Notes: a model not told the origin generated them from the sequence alone. DNA of 64,000 nt from Octopus bimaculoides (GCF_001194135.2 NC_068981.1:35818386-35882385); one strand, 5' to 3'. Positions 25,871 to 40,939 are shown, counted from the first letter of the stretch. Made by a program: numbers and translations.

Positions 25871-28800
25871 TTCCATGTATGTATACACACACACACACAT
25901 ATATATTTTATTATTTCTCTTAGACATAGTGATACTAATAACTTGGTGTTAGAACTCAATATGTATATGCTTCAGAACAAGTGTCAGTTGAGTAGTATTA
26001 GTTGAGCAGGCTGGGTGATCATATTGAGGATCATACATTGGCTTCATTCAGTAGTAGTTGTGGTGAAGATACAGTATGTATATTAAAGTATGTGCTGTTT
26101 ATGTATCCTAATGTAAACTAGATCTTTAATTCTAGTTTGTTGACAATATGCAGGTAAGATTATGCTTCTCTGTGGAGGCCTAACAAAAGAGAAACTTATT
26201 TAGAGTTGTCACCATACTTAGCAAAGATCAGACTTATATTCCTACTCCTTGCACTTATTCAATTTTTTATTAATTTAGTTTCTGGGGTTGTCTCCCTTGC
26301 TCTTCTTGACTAAATTTAACCATTAAGCTAATGACACTTTTCTTCTCACAACAGATGTAATTTGAGTTTGTTTAACATTTTCTTTTGGTTCATTATATTA
26401 CTAGCTCCAACTTGGCTGTTTGATTTTTTTAGGCAGAAGTGTTCTTGGAGACTTCTAGTCATTCTTTCCACAGATTACCTTCATTGATGGAGGTGATCTA
26501 TGAAAAAGATAAAATTACTGAAGTCATATATGTTCTTATGATACAAAACAGCTAATCCTAACCCATATATAGTACATTTTATTCATGGACATATTATTTG
26601 GACTTTGCACTGCAAACTTATGGACATGATATATACTTACTTATAAGAGGAAGTAAGCCATTTAAAAGTAACTAATTTCTACTTAAAACACAATACAGCT
26701 TCTGTGATTGGCTACTTGCATTTTTTCTATGTAGCATCTATTGAGATTCGCTACTGTGACTATGAAGTTGTTTCTATACATATCAGTTTACATGCAAAAT
26801 AACAAGCAATGAGAAGTTGCTTGCCCAAGGAGACAATAAAAAAAGAATCTCAAAGAAAAAGTTACTTATTAAAGATTTGTAAGGGATAGAAATCTGACAT
26901 GATTATAAAGTACAGTGAAAGTTAACCGATAACCCCTATATTTGTATGGAAAAACACATGAGTATTGGGTAAATAAGATAGTTAAACAGTAATATGATGT
27001 TTGGTGTGAAACTTGGAAGTGGAAAAGTAAAACAAAAGAATGGATTTTCTATAAAAAATAAAAGAAATAGAGCAATGTGCTAAAGAATTTGGTGAAATAA
27101 ATGCCATGATGTCGCGATTTCAGAAGTAAAGGAAAGATAATAGTGATTGAAATAAGTTAATTTGCATTAGGCATGAAATAATTAGATTTACTGAACAAAT
27201 AATGAAGAATTCTTTTCTGTAAAGTTTCATTGCAAATTACAGAACAGAAAAAAAAAAGAAAGGAAAATTCAGTGTAAATAGGTGTTTAATAGATTTTATC
27301 ATGCAAGAATTTTTTTAGATGGAAGAATAGATTCCATGTTGTCTCTTTGTTAAATAATTTAACAGATCTTAGTAGTGTGTATGCATTTATTTATATTTAA
27401 CTTGGGAATTAATTTGTTATAGGTGTTGAAGCTGGGTGACAGAATCAATGTAATAAGACAAGAACCAATTGTAAGACTGCGATGGCAAGCACCATGGAAC
27501 CATTGATAAGAGATCAGGGAATTTTTGAGTTCTTTATTAACAATTGTATACTGTTTGACTTTGAAATGATTATTTTTACCACTGAGACAGACTTAGGAAA
27601 TCAGCTGCCATATTGACTGTATTTTTGTAGTCCTAGTTTGGCAGATTCTTTTCAATGAACCTTTGTAACAGACTTATAAAAGCTTGCCTTGAAAACAAAA
27701 CATTACAAGAATAGTTCATTCTGTTGCCATTGTTATTTGTTCCTTGAAATTTTCATTGAAATCTTTTATTTTTTCATTGCAAATATCATTCAGTTGGTGG
27801 TAAGATCAGGTATGGAAGGGAGAATGCACATTGTAACAGTGATTAGCAGTTAACAGTGATTATCACAGTGAGTAGGTGACATATTCATAGTTGAGCAGGT
27901 TGTGTAGATTGATAGTGATGTGTGGGTGGTATTTTTAATTTATATTAGTTGGTGTTATTCTTTAAGATGTGTTTTAACACAATGCAAACACAAATAACCC
28001 TCACAAATAGAGTGCTGTGTTTTTCTCATTTCTATCTAATACTACATATACCATGGTTTTGAAAACACATTATATATGAATTAATACAAAATCAATCTTA
28101 TTTCATTTCTTTTATTAGTTATAAGAGAGTTTCCCTTCAAGCAAAAAAAAAAAGAAAAAGAAAAATAAGATAAAATGCATTTGCACTTCTTTTGCTTCTT
28201 TTCCTTTATAGGGCATTTTCAACAATACCATTCTGCATGTTTTGGCAACCATAAAAGAATTATATCAATATAATGACATGTTTATTCTTTCAAATAATCA
28301 AACTGAAAAGAGCAATGAAGTTACTTGCAAAAACAAGTACCAAACCCTCATTATAATAGAATGTGTTAGCATTCAAAAAGGCATTTAACCATGATAAATG
28401 AAAACTGTTCCAATAACATATACAGATGGGAAATTTTGCTGTTTGCCACAGTCAATTCCAGCAGAAAATAATGGGTTTTAAAATTTCCCCATCCAAAAAG
28501 AAAAAGAACCAACAAAATAAAATCACATAAGTAATTTCTGAATTTACTGGAATTAGTTTGAATAATTGGAGAAATTTCCTTACAGCATATTTTTACTAAC
28601 CTCAACCAAGCAATTGAACAATTCTGGAAACTCTCTTACACCATTTTTCTAGTAGGCAGGAACTTAATAAAGCTGATGCAATTTCTTAGGATTTTAGTAT
28701 AGCTGATTTAATCTACTGGAACCTGCAGGAATGTGGATTCCATTTATCATAATCTAAACACACTCAGAATGCTGTACTTGACCATGAAAGTAACTTGGCA

Positions 28801-29109
28801 TTACATTTTAAACACATATTTAATATAAACTGGTGAAATAGATGTAGGTATCTAGTGTTCAAACTTATAAAATACATAGATCTGTTTTATATTCTACTGC
28901 TAGTTAAGACTACCTTCTAAAGGTTATGCTAGCTCTTTCTCTGGACTAGAAAATACTGTAGTTTTCAACAGTTTCTAAACTGCTATAAGGTACATGTGTG
29001 CTCTGCATAAAAGTATTACATGTTTTGAGTAAACCAATGCCATATAAGGGAATTTGATAGACGAAAACTGCAGAAAGTCTGTTTTATATATATAAATATA
29101 TAAAACACA

Positions 29110-30420
29110 CAAACACACATGGGTTTCTGCCTAGGGAGGAACTGCCTCACATACAACATTATAATTGGATACTGAAACAGCAGCTCAACCACTTAAATGT
29201 AGATGCGATATATCTTGACTTTGCCAGTCCTATATCGAAGTTGATCAAGGGATAATATGTCACAAACAACATGACCTTGGTACCACTGGAAAATTGGGAG
29301 AGTGACTGCACAACCTTTTAAAGGACAGAAGTCAGGCAGTTGTAGCCAATAGTGCTCTATCTGGGGAGACACCAAACCACAGCAGAGTTCCTCAGGGAAC
29401 TGAACTGGGACCACTATTGTTTGTAGTGACTCTCTCAGACATGCCCACTGTCATACAGTCAGCCACTCTCACCAGCTATGCTGATGTTACAAAAATATCT
29501 CAGGTGGTCAAGGACCCTGATGACATAGTAAACTTCAAAATGACCTGCATGCAATATATAAATGCACTGTTGAAAATAACATGGAGTTCAATGCTGATAA
29601 GTTTCAAGCATCCAATATCAGTCCACAAACATACTACACTTGGAATGCAGAGGACCAGGGAGCAGTGCAATCCCAGAGTTAGAATCAGTGCATGACCTGG
29701 TAATCCACATGAGTTGTGATGCAAGATTCTATGTAAATTTTGCCAGGATGGCAACACTGTGCAGGCGAGTAGCTGGATGGATCCTTAGATAATTCAGAGT
29801 CAGAAATAAGGATAACTTGCTACTCCTATGGAGGTCATTTGTCCTCAGTCATCTGGATTAATGCTCCCAAATGTGATAGCTGTTGAGCATCAAATTGGTG
29901 GCAGAACTTGAGGCAATCCAGCACCACTACACAAAGAAGATTGACTTGGTGAAACAGATGAGCTACTGGGAGAGGTTACAAGAACTCTACTCCCTCAACA
30001 GAAGGTGAGAAAGATATGCAGTGATATACATATGGAAGATCCTGGAGGTCTAGCTCCCAACTTCAGAATTAAAAGTTATACCAACCACTGAACTGGATGG
30101 CACTACATAATACCACAATGCTATCTTCTTCATCTCAAATAGGGACCCAGTATTGCAAAAGCTTGAGTTTCAAGGGATCACAACTATCTAACATCCTGCA
30201 AAGGAACCTAAGAGATCTGCAAGGTGTAGATGTAGAAATGTTCAAAAGGCACCTGGATGAGCCCACATCATGGCAGGAAGCACAAAGAAGAGCAGCTTCA
30301 TCCAACTTGCTTCTTCACCAAAAACAGTCCCAAACAGTGACCCAAAAACACTGAAAGGTGGTGCTCCAGTATGGCCCCAGCCTCTAGCTGAAACCAGTAA
30401 AGGAATAAAAGAATAAAGAA
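29110..30420 (+). mobile_element. 5'-truncated CR1-like LINE (RT domain to 3' tail), decayed
   Basis: HGFLP; IYLDFAS; SRVPQGTELGPLLFVVTLSDMP; SYADVTKI; SYWERLQEL; YAVIYIWKIL; ends ggtggtgctccagtatggccccagcctctagctgaaaccagtaaaggaataaaagaataaag. Confidence 0.9.
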
Positions 30421-31281
30421 TATATATATGTAATATTTTGGACTAATGCGTATATGTTAATGTGTTGAGTAGAGTACAGGCATGGTTTGGGCTACATGGC
30501 GTCACCCACAGTTGGGGTATATTTCTGTTGGATCTACTTCTGGAATTCTGCAGTGTTAGCTGAGAGACCATTTCATGTATGGATTTAGCTGATGTGACTA
30601 AGACTGCAAAATGGATGCAACACATGGTGCACAGAATCCCATCCATAAGGGGCAATAGCAGGATTGGTTGAAATGATCATTGTACAAAATAAAGGCTAAT
30701 AACAAATCCATCTTCTGGTTACTTAATCAATTATTATCATTACTATATATATCAGTGCGTGTGCGTGCATGCATATGCACATGTGTATGTATACATATAT
30801 ATTCATTTTTCATTTAATGTTCATTTTCCATGCCAGCATGGGTTAGACTATATATATATATATATACATGCATGTGTGTGTTTATTTCTTTTGCATGTTG
30901 TTACTACTTGAGCATAGCAAAATGATGCTGATATTAATATTTCTTCTTAAGATTATAACCAATTACTTTGCACTTCTGAAGACTTTTGAAATAAAGAAAT
31001 CTTATATGTGCAAAAAAAGGTAAGGGTTGGTATCAGGAAAGCATCCATAAAATATTACCTCAAATAACTCTCTATTCAAAGCTATGCTAACAAGAAAAAA
31101 TCAGTTGTTAATGTAACAGAGTAAGAACAGAATGATTAAAATGGCTCCCTTGAAACGTCTACACATTTTTGTTATGCTTTATTCGTTCTATTGTCTTCAA
31201 GTGTTTTTAGCTAGTTGTTTTTGTGTTACGTGTCCTGCCAGCCAGAGCCAAGCTTTAGAAATAATACAGTAACTGCACCAG

Positions 31282-31325
<44 letters not shown>

Positions 31326-31678
31326 GCCGCTGCCACTACCACTACTACCTCATTCTTGCTGACAAAGTACTTTAGTGCTAAACTTCCTTTCCATACCTTT
31401 CAATTCCTAACAATCATTCGCTGTTTTTCACAAATATGGATTCTTATTTATCAGATGTAATCATCCAATCATTGGCTTCACCCATATTTACGTTTAGTTT
31501 ATTTTCTGTTAACTCATCTTAGTTTCTGTAATTTTTTAAAAATTAAAATTAAAACCATTATTATTATTATTAACATTATTATTATTATTATTGTTGTTGT
31601 TTTTGCTGTTATTGTTGTTGTTAATCCACTCATTTAATGCTGAAAAAATTGGCTCCTTCTCAGCATATATCATGTGAC

Positions 31679-31711
<33 letters not shown>

Positions 31712-32873
31712 TATGTATATATTTATAATTATATAGTGCCATTATTGTTGATACAGCATTGGGGTTAATATTGAGCAAAAGAACTGTTCTAGCAAAGCCT
31801 CAAGGCACTATTGTGTTGAAGACAATGGTTAGAAAGTGGACAGAATTGTCAGATTCAGAGAATATGTTGTGTGGGTGTGAGGATTTATGTTAGTGATGAT
31901 GGAAACAGTAAAAAACTTTAAAAAAAATCTTTGGAACAGGTTTTATATATATGTGTGTGTGTGTATGCATGTGTGTGTGTGTGTATGCGTGTGTGTGTGT
32001 ATGCGTGTGTGTGTGTATGCACACACATATATATATATATGCAGAGACAGAGAGAGAAAAAAGAGTAAGAGAGAGTGAGAGAAGGGAAAAATAAAACAAA
32101 CTTTGAGAAACATGAATGAGAGGAATAATGATTGAAATGGGGAGGGCAAGGATTATGGGATAAAAAGAAAACAGAAGGAGAGAATATGAAAAGAGAAAGA
32201 GTGAGAGTATGTGTGTATGTGCATGTGTTTGTGAGCATGTGTGTAAGTGTGTGTGTGTACGTGTGTAAGTGTAAAACCCGAAAAGGCAAACAAAAGAGAT
32301 AAACAAAATAGGAGAGAGATGTCAGTAGTAAGAAAGCAATACACATTTGAGTGTGCATGAGAGGGAGAAAGGGAGTGAGGTGAGGAAAAAGGAAAATGGG
32401 GTTTATAGAAAAAGATTTAAAAGAAGAAATAAAGAAGAAAATGAACATGTGGAATATTATTAACAAGAAAAGCCAATTTAAAGAACAAAGAATAAAGACT
32501 ACATCTTTACATGAAGTTGAAGTGAAAGAAAAGCATATCAAGGGAGCTTGAAATGAAGAAGACTGTCAACCTAATTTGAAATACATTCTTTTTTGTGAGT
32601 TCCTACTGATCTGTCCTTTCCAGTTTGGAGAAAATATTGGAATAAAAGTTAATCAAAAATGACCTGAGACCAACATAAAATGTGTGAAAGAGAAACAAAA
32701 CTAATCTGACAATAGGCTGATGTATTTCCAAGACAGAGAAGAGCAGCCAATTAGCTAGCAAGCTTTCTTCATTTTGTTCTTTCATCTCCAGCCTTAGAAT
32801 TGTTCGGTTACTAAGAAAACTTAATTCATTAAAGCTAATGACAATTTGTGCATGCCTGTACTAGAAAGGTTAT

Positions 32874-32911
<38 letters not shown>

Positions 32912-33324
32912 NNNNNNNNNNNNNNNNNNNNNNNNNNNNNNNNNNNNNNNNNNNNNNNNNNNNNNNNNNNNNNNNNNNNNNNNNNNNNNNNNNNNNNNNN
33001 NNNNNNNNNNNNNNNNNNNNNNNNNNNNNNNNNNNNNNNNNNNNNNNNNNNNNNNNNNNNNNNNNNNNNNNNNNNNNNNNNNNNNNNNNNNNNNNNATAT
33101 ATATATATATAGATGGATAGATAGATCAATAGATAGATGTGTTGCTATCATTTAGCCCTGGATCAATCATAATTGAAAGGACTTATGATCAAAAGAGTGT
33201 CTAAATTACATTATCTAAAGTATAATTTGTGTTTGTTAAAGTAGTAGGGCATTTTTTGAGGGATATTTGGTTTCTATTTATAGCACACTCAGTGACCAGA
33301 CAGAGACTTCCTCATTAGCTGTCT

Positions 33325-33745
33325 GTCATTGTTTCAACATTCATTTTCCATGCTTGCATGGGTTTGCTGAGATTTGTTGAGGCAGATTTTCTTTGACTGG
33401 ATGCCCTTTTTAGTTGCCAACCCTCTTCTATTTCAAAGTAAGTTAATATTTCCCTTACTTCTTCAAACATGAACATCCCAATGGCTGAACATGGTTTCAC
33501 AAAAGGTTCCAGCATCTTTGATGGTGGTATTTATTTACAAGTGCTTAATATCAAGACAAGCAGACATGAACACGCACACACATGCATACACACATAATAC
33601 ATGCATGTATGTGTACGTGCATGCAAACATGCATACATGTATACATACATATACGGTAGGTTTTGTTCAGTTTCCATGTGCCAAATCCACTCAGAAGGCT
33701 TTGATTGATCTTGGTGCATAGAAGAAGACACTTTCTCAGAGTGTA
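33325..33745 (-). mobile_element. SINE family D copy
   Basis: Reverse complement of 25540-25870 (ttttccatgcttgcatgggt...ctggatgcccttttt...cagtttccatgtgccaaatccactc...gaagacact). Confidence 0.7.
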
Positions 33746-34140
33746 AAAGGATGATATTTGATAAAACAAAATGAAAGATCTTCACACTTCTGACATTTTC
33801 CAAAAAATGGTTGGAGACAATTCCCTTTTTTGGCTTTATTCTTTTGTCAGCTGTTGGTCTTCAGTAAAATTGAAATGGTTGAATAATCTGCTTTATTGGT
33901 GTGAAATATCCCAGTGTGAATCATTCTCACTACCTCCATCACCAGAAATATTACCAGCTTGACATTTGACCTCACTCTCACGAACCTAATTTCTCATGCT
34001 GACATAGACTGCATGATATATTTAAATGACAGAAATATTTCCATGTCCTCGTCTTGTGCATCAATTCATGTGTGAGGCTTAACTTTCTTGATCTTTAGCT
34101 CAAGTTTTCCTCATCATACCACTGACCTGACTGCCCCATC

Positions 34141-34147
34141 TCTACTT

Positions 34148-34200
<53 letters not shown>
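34141..34200. repeat. (CTA)n microsatellite
   Basis: Direct reading. Confidence 0.95.
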
Positions 34201-34201
<1 letters not shown>

Positions 34202-34494
34202 TGCAGTATTTATTCACTTAACATATGTCATTCATTTGCATTATGTGCTTCAAATAATGATTAGTTAATTAAAAACATGGCCTCAGAAGCAATGCTGAGA
34301 GAGAGAAATAGAGAGAGATAGAGAGAAAATGAGAGAAAACATATAAGTTGTGAATAAATAAAAATGGTTTCTTACTTTGGCATAAAACACACTAATATAT
34401 TGCAGATCGGGGTATAGTTAATTGAATTGACCCTTAGGGCACATCTGGTACTTATCTTAATTATGACCTAACACGAACAACATTAGTAATAATG

Positions 34495-34546
<52 letters not shown>

Positions 34547-34658
34547 TGATGATGATGATGATTCATTATTTGCCGAAGGGGACCACCCCATGAAGTACAA
34601 ATTATTTTATATGAAGTGATTACAAACTTGCTGGGGTCGTCGTTGTCGTCAGTCATCG

Positions 34659-34689
<31 letters not shown>

Positions 34690-34775
34690 CCTCCTCCTTT
34701 TAAAGTTGATTTGTCTATGTTTGCAGAGTTTTCTATGACTAGATGCCCTTCCTGACACCAACCCTCATTACTCTG
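34690..34775 (-). mobile_element. RTE-type tail fragment (family D-like) with (GAT)n end, abutting the Tc1 fossil
   Basis: gagttttctatgactagatgcccttcctgacacaaccctca. Confidence 0.5.
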
Positions 34776-34862
34776 TCAAATAACATGTAGCTTGGACTTA
34801 GCTATATGGTTGTACTTCACTGTTTTGTTTAATAATCGAGCATTGTTATACATTAATTCGCT

Positions 34863-35951
34863 ATGGGAAAGTGTCATAGTATCAGCCCAGTTACTAGATC
34901 AAAGATCGTGTTGCTTCATCAGCAAAGTGTGTCCTTCATGAACATTAGCAAGCAATTAGGATGCAGCAAAACGGCTTGTGTTTAAGCATGGAAGCTTTAC
35001 CGAACCACTGGCCAGTACAAAGATCAGCAAAGAATGGGCACTCTGAGAAAAACAACAGTACAGATGGATTGGTGAATTCAAAGGCTCTCTGAAGGTAACT
35101 GAATACTAACAGCAGTGGACATTTGCAAGCAATTATCTGATGAAACTGACTTTTGCTTTACACCCCAAACCGTCAGAAATCACTTAATAGAATTTGGACT
35201 GTTAGGCCAGATCACTTGAAAGAAGCTGATAATTTCTGAGATGAACCAGCGGAAGCAGATCAAGTTTGCTAAAGGCCATATTGAATGGACGGCTGAAGAC
35301 TGGTCAAAAGTTCTTTGGAGTGACAAATCCCACTTCTGCATCTTTGGATCAGACAGAAAGACTTATGTTAGATGCCATCCAACTGAAGAATTCCATCCTA
35401 AGTGTGTCAAGAAAACAGTGCAAGCGGGAGGTGATGGTGGTGGGAGGTAATAGTGTGGGCTGCGTTCAGCAGCTTAGTTGTTGGTCGATTTGTTAAAATT
35501 GATGGCAAACTAAACAGTGTAGGCTATCTGCAATTAGTAAATGAAAATGTGCTGCTATATTTAAATAATCAGATGCCACTGGGATCTATTTTCCAGCAGG
35601 ACAATTGCCTCGTTCTTAAGGCTAGGAAAGTTTTTGCAATATTTTGAGCACAGTAATATGGTGGTCACTGAGTTGCCTCCACAGAGCCTGGATTTGAATC
35701 TGATAGAAAATTTATGGAATTGTTTCTAAAAGAGTTCTAAAAGAATGCTAAAAAACCAACAAATTTGTCTCATGTGATTTTTGTGCTCATTTGTTGAACT
35801 CCATGTCCCACTGTTGTAAGGCCATAATTGAAAATAATGGCTATGGAACTAGATACTAATAATAAACTTTTGTTCATTGATCATTTGTGTCATAAATTTT
35901 CTATTCAAACAAAGTAATATTGGTAAGGTCTTAAACTTATTTTGGCCAGTG
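34863..35951 (+). mobile_element. Tc1-family DD34E transposon fossil: near full-length transposase pseudogene 34863-35859, right TIR ending CAGTG|TA
   Basis: MGKCHSISPVTRSKIV...LGCSKT (HTH)...WSKVLWSDKSHF...TVQAGG..VWAAFS...FQQDN...PPQSLDLNLIENLW...NNGYGTRY*. There are 34 residues between D and E after correcting one frameshift. The right end is ttttggccagtg followed by TA; the left TIR was not found. Confidence 0.9.
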
Positions 35952-36421
35952 TATGTACTTACTGAATTAGAAACAGCTTGAAGTATATAAGCAAAATCAA
36001 ACATACATACACAAGGTGTTGTGTTGTTAATTTGTGAGGTGGCTGCATTTTTTATATATATATATATATATNNNNNNNNNNNNNNNNNNNNNNNNNNNNN
36101 NNNNNNNNNNNNNNNNNNNNNNNNNNNNNNNNNNNNNNNNNNNNNNNNNNNNNNNNNNNNNNNNNNNNNNNNNNNNNNNNNNNNNNNNNNNNNNNNNNNN
36201 NNNNNNNNNNNNNNNNNNNNNNNNNNNNNNNNNNNNNNNNNNNNNNNNNNNNNNNNNNNNNNNNNNNNNNNNNNNNNNNNNNNNNNNNNNNNNNNNNNNN
36301 NNNNNNNNNNNNNNNNNNNNNNNNNNNNNNNNNNNNNNNNNNNNNNNNNNNNNNNNNNNNNNNNNNNNNNNNNNNNNNNNNNNNNNNNNNNNNNNNNNNN
36401 NNNNNNNNNNNNNNNNNNNNN

Positions 36422-36458
<37 letters not shown>

Positions 36459-37654
36459 ATGTGTGCATATATGCATGAATGTTAGCATTAATGCACACAT
36501 AAAATAAGTAGGAAGGCAGACAAACCACAAATCCCTTCAGGTAGATGGCCCTGCTTGATCTGTAGAAAAGGCATACAATTTTCATTATTGAACCCTTATG
36601 TTCCTTTTTGACATGGTAGTAGAGTACTGACACTAATTTCTTTTCTTTGTACTCTTGTTAGTGTCCTCTGCTCATTCTGCTATGCTTTGAATAATTTCTA
36701 TATAAGTTTTGGTGGTGTTCTTGCATTTGCCTTTCCATACATCTCACATGGTGCATAATATGCTAGCTTTGCAATTTAGTTTTGAATTAATTTTGCTTAT
36801 TATTCTGAATATATAGCTATATTATTTTGTACTTCCAATACATAGATAATATAAACCCTATAGCTAAAGCAAGACAATATCCAAGAACTTGAAAAGAGCA
36901 TCATGGGGAAGGTCTAGCATATAGCTAATTCCATTCACTAGAGTCTTAAGGTAACTGTAGACTACCCATCCAAACAACTGAACAATAAAATACCTTTCCA
37001 AGTTACAAAACTGGCTAGTAACAATAAATAACAATGTACAACTTCTCCAGTCACATTTTACGAAACCCATGGTGACGAAGTACTAGTAGTAGAATAATAA
37101 GAAGCATATATTGTGACTATAGTAATACAGGGAAATACAAAATAATACACAAAACTTGATCTGCTGAATGCAAACCTCTGTGTGTCATAAACAACACAGA
37201 AACAAGATGTACAGAGAAGCCAGTAAAAAGTTAGGAACCATCATTGAAAAAATGTGTTTTCATGGTCAACCTTTACATGGGAGCTAACATTTTGTTAATT
37301 GTGGTGGTAAGGGTGAAATGGAAGATATATACAGAGAAAATGAGCTAAAAAAATGGCATAAAAGATACTCTGTTCAAAGAAACAAAAACATAAAAATGAT
37401 CAGAAAAACAATCCACACAAATACCCACAATACACAGGCATATGTATAGGCATCTACCCACCCTCAGGTAGGAGCCTGTTTGCATACATTTATTTATATA
37501 GTAAGAAGAAAAGAGACAAGAGCAATAAGAGCATTTAAAATGCAAGCCATTGCAAATTGGAATACAGAAAATGGAAATTTAAATCAATATTGCAGGTACA
37601 GATATGAATGTTGCTAGAGGTCACGTATGCATATATGCACACATATGCACCCCT

Positions 37655-37655
37655 C

Positions 37656-37716
<61 letters not shown>

Positions 37717-37735
37717 CTTCTCTCTCTCTCTCTCA
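37655..37735. repeat. (CTAT)n/(CT)n microsatellite
   Basis: Direct reading. Confidence 0.95.
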
Positions 37736-38619
37736 CTATGTTAAATAAATAATATCTCACTCACTTAAGAAACTTTTCTTTCCACAAAAATAAGAAATGA
37801 AAGAAGTTAAAATATGATGATGATGATGATAATAATAACGACGATGATGATGATGGCGATGATGACAACCATGACAATGACGATGACGATAATGATGATG
37901 ATGGCATAGAATTTTGAGCAATTACTTTTATGACAATTTTCTGTTTGCAGGTTTTATATGAGACCACGATTGTTAGTCAATCATCTAAGAACATTGGCAA
38001 CTAGAAAATGGCACTATCAAATAGACATAAGGATGAAAAGAGGCTGTCTTCTTTTTCTCAAGTTTACACTGTTGCCGTTATCATCACCATCATCATCCTG
38101 GCATCCATGATCAACATCATTATCATCAAGATCATTATCCTTGCAATCATCATTAACATCATTTTCATCATCATCATCATCGTCATCAAACAGATGCAAA
38201 GAAGAAAAATATAAAAGGGAAGAAAGCATATATAACAAGAAAAGGAAAACAATAAGCTACGTCATTTAGTTGTGGAATCTATATTGTTCTTGAGTATGTA
38301 GATGATGATGAATATGATGTAGATGATGATATACATGATAAAGGTATAGATTGAAAAAATAAATTTCTTTTATATGCATGTGCATATATGGTTGTGTGTA
38401 TATTTGTGTTTTTCTCTCTTAAAATATTTATTTTGCAGTAGTTTTTGTAATTTTAAACATTTATATTTTGGCTATAATTTTACTTTCAATTTCATAATTG
38501 ATTCCTTACTTTCTTTATGACAGATACGTAAATTCTTCCTCCTCTCCTTATATCATTGTACCACTACTACCACATGATGCCTCCACTTTCACCAGCTCCA
38601 CCTCATGAAACTCTCATAC

Positions 38620-39010
38620 AACACCTTCAGACCAGACTATGCTGTCTGCATGAATACACACTACACACAAAGACACACAGATATGCATGCATACACACAC
38701 AAATACACATACATGTGTACAAATGCATACACACAAATGCATATGCACACAAACATACTGACAGTTACAAACTCAAACACTCATAGGCACACATACACAA
38801 TCATACATATTTATGCATGCACACTGAGATCCAGAGGTACACATGCATACAAAAATATACATAGACTCAAACACACAAATGCATACACACAACTATGCAC
38901 CTACAAATAATCACACACATAAACATGCTGACACAGTTACATACACTCAAACACACCTATATCTATGCACACACTCAAACATGCAGTTACAGATATACAT
39001 GTGCCACCTT
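38620..39010. repeat. Long degenerate CA/TA-rich cryptic satellite
   Basis: Recurrent acacacaaatgcatac / catgctgacacagttac motifs. Confidence 0.7.
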
Positions 39011-39751
39011 CAAACCACCAACTCACTCTCAATAGTCAATAACTTATGCAGATCCTTTCTCTATCATTCAATGTATATATATATAAAAAAAAGAAACAAA
39101 AACAAGAAAATAACAAGAAACAATTAAAAAAAAGGTAAAATTCAACAACCAAAAACTAGGAACAAAAAAAAAATTAATACTAATAATGATGATGATAATA
39201 ACAATAATGTTAAAAGTAATGAAAATGACAACACTAATGAAGATAATGGTAATGCTGGTGACAACAACAACAACAACAACAAACAAACAAACAACAAAAA
39301 TGATACTATTGCTTATGAAGATGATGATGGTGATAGAAATAAATGCTTCCATAAATATTTTTTAAGATTTCTATTTTATAATAATAATAATAATAATAAT
39401 AATAATTATTATTATTTTTTATTATTATTATTATTATTATCATTATTATTATAATTTGTGAGAAAAATGTATGTTTATTGAAAAAATGTCTCTTTACTTT
39501 TAAAATAATATTGATTTCTACTATAACTCCTCACTCTTGCTACAATTACTAATGCTTCTGTTTTTCTGCTGCTGCTATTTCCACAGCTATTGCTGCTACT
39601 ACAACTACTACTGCAGCTGCAACTGCTACTATTGCTGCTTTTACAACCACAGCTCTTCTGCTAACATTACTACTGCTGTAGTTACAGCAGCTGTTCTTGC
39701 CATGGTTGACTCCTACAACAGTAACACCATTGTATTGCTAGTATTACAGAT

Positions 39752-39773
39752 GTACACACACACACACACACAT

Positions 39774-39868
<95 letters not shown>
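39752..39868. repeat. (CA)n microsatellite
   Basis: Direct reading. Confidence 0.95.
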
Positions 39869-39869
<1 letters not shown>

Positions 39870-39872
<3 letters not shown>

Positions 39873-40212
39873 CATGGTGCTGTGTAGTTAACAAGCTTAC
39901 TTTGCAACCACATGGTTTCAGGTTCAGTCACACTATGAGATACTTTGCACAAATGTCTTCTACTATAGCCTTGGACTGTGTGGAAAGCCCATTACGTATG
40001 TGTGTATGTGTTTGCCCATATGTAAGTCTTCTCTCACTTTGACAGCTGGTGCTGGCTTGCTTACATCCCTGCAACCTAACACTTTCAGCAAGAGACTGTT
40101 AGAATAAGTGCCTGAGTTCAAAAATATGTATTGTGGTTGATTTGTTCTACTAAATTCGTCAAAGCAGTGTCTCAGCATGGCTGCAGTCCAATGACTGAAA
40201 CGAGTAAAAGAT
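39870..40212 (+). mobile_element. SINE family A, internally deleted
   Basis: Head gcatggtgctgtgtagttaacaagc...caggttcagtcac; tail gcatggctgcagtccaatgactgaaacgagtaaaag. Confidence 0.8.
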
Positions 40213-40661
40213 ATGTATGTACACTTATACATGTGCACACACACACACACACTCACTCTAGGATTTGAGCTTGCAGTGTGGCATCTTGAGCAGGTCATCT
40301 AATAACAATTGAGTGAACTCAGGTACCTCTAAACATTATAGAAATGTGTCAGACAAAGTGCACCTGTAATTCAAATGCATAGCCTTATCACTCAATGTGG
40401 CATGCTGACTCAACAAGAAGATTTCATTAGGAGTACATGTGTCTGTGAAATGCTCAGTTACTTATACACTAAAAACTGGCTGCTTATTTCTCTGTGATTG
40501 GTCAAATGATGTAGTCCCCTCTCCTCAGAACCCAATTAGGCTGTTCATCATTTCTCCAATCTGTAGAGAAATAGTTAAATTTGCCATGTTTGTATTTCTA
40601 TTATGTAAGCTTACTATGCGTGTATGTGTATTAGTGTGCACATGCATATGAATATATATGT

Positions 40662-40714
<53 letters not shown>

Positions 40715-40939
40715 NNNNNNNNNNNNNNNNNNNNNNNNNNNNNNNNNNNNNNNNNNNNNNNNNNNNNNNNNNNNNNNNNNNNNNNNNNNNNNNNNNNNNN
40801 NNNNNNNNNNNNNNNNNNNNNNNNNNNNNNNNNNNNNNNNNNNNNNNNNNNNNNNNNNNNNNNNNNNNNNNNNNNNNNNNNNNNNNNNNNNNNNNNNNNN
40901 NNNNNNNNNNNNNNNNNNNNNNNNNNNNNNNNNNNNNNN

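Noticed and set aside
26136-26153. Plus-strand 18-nt microexon FVDNMQ (ctag|...CAG|gtaag)
   Set aside because: The pyrimidine tract is weak, no plus-strand host gene is evident, and such sites are expected by chance.
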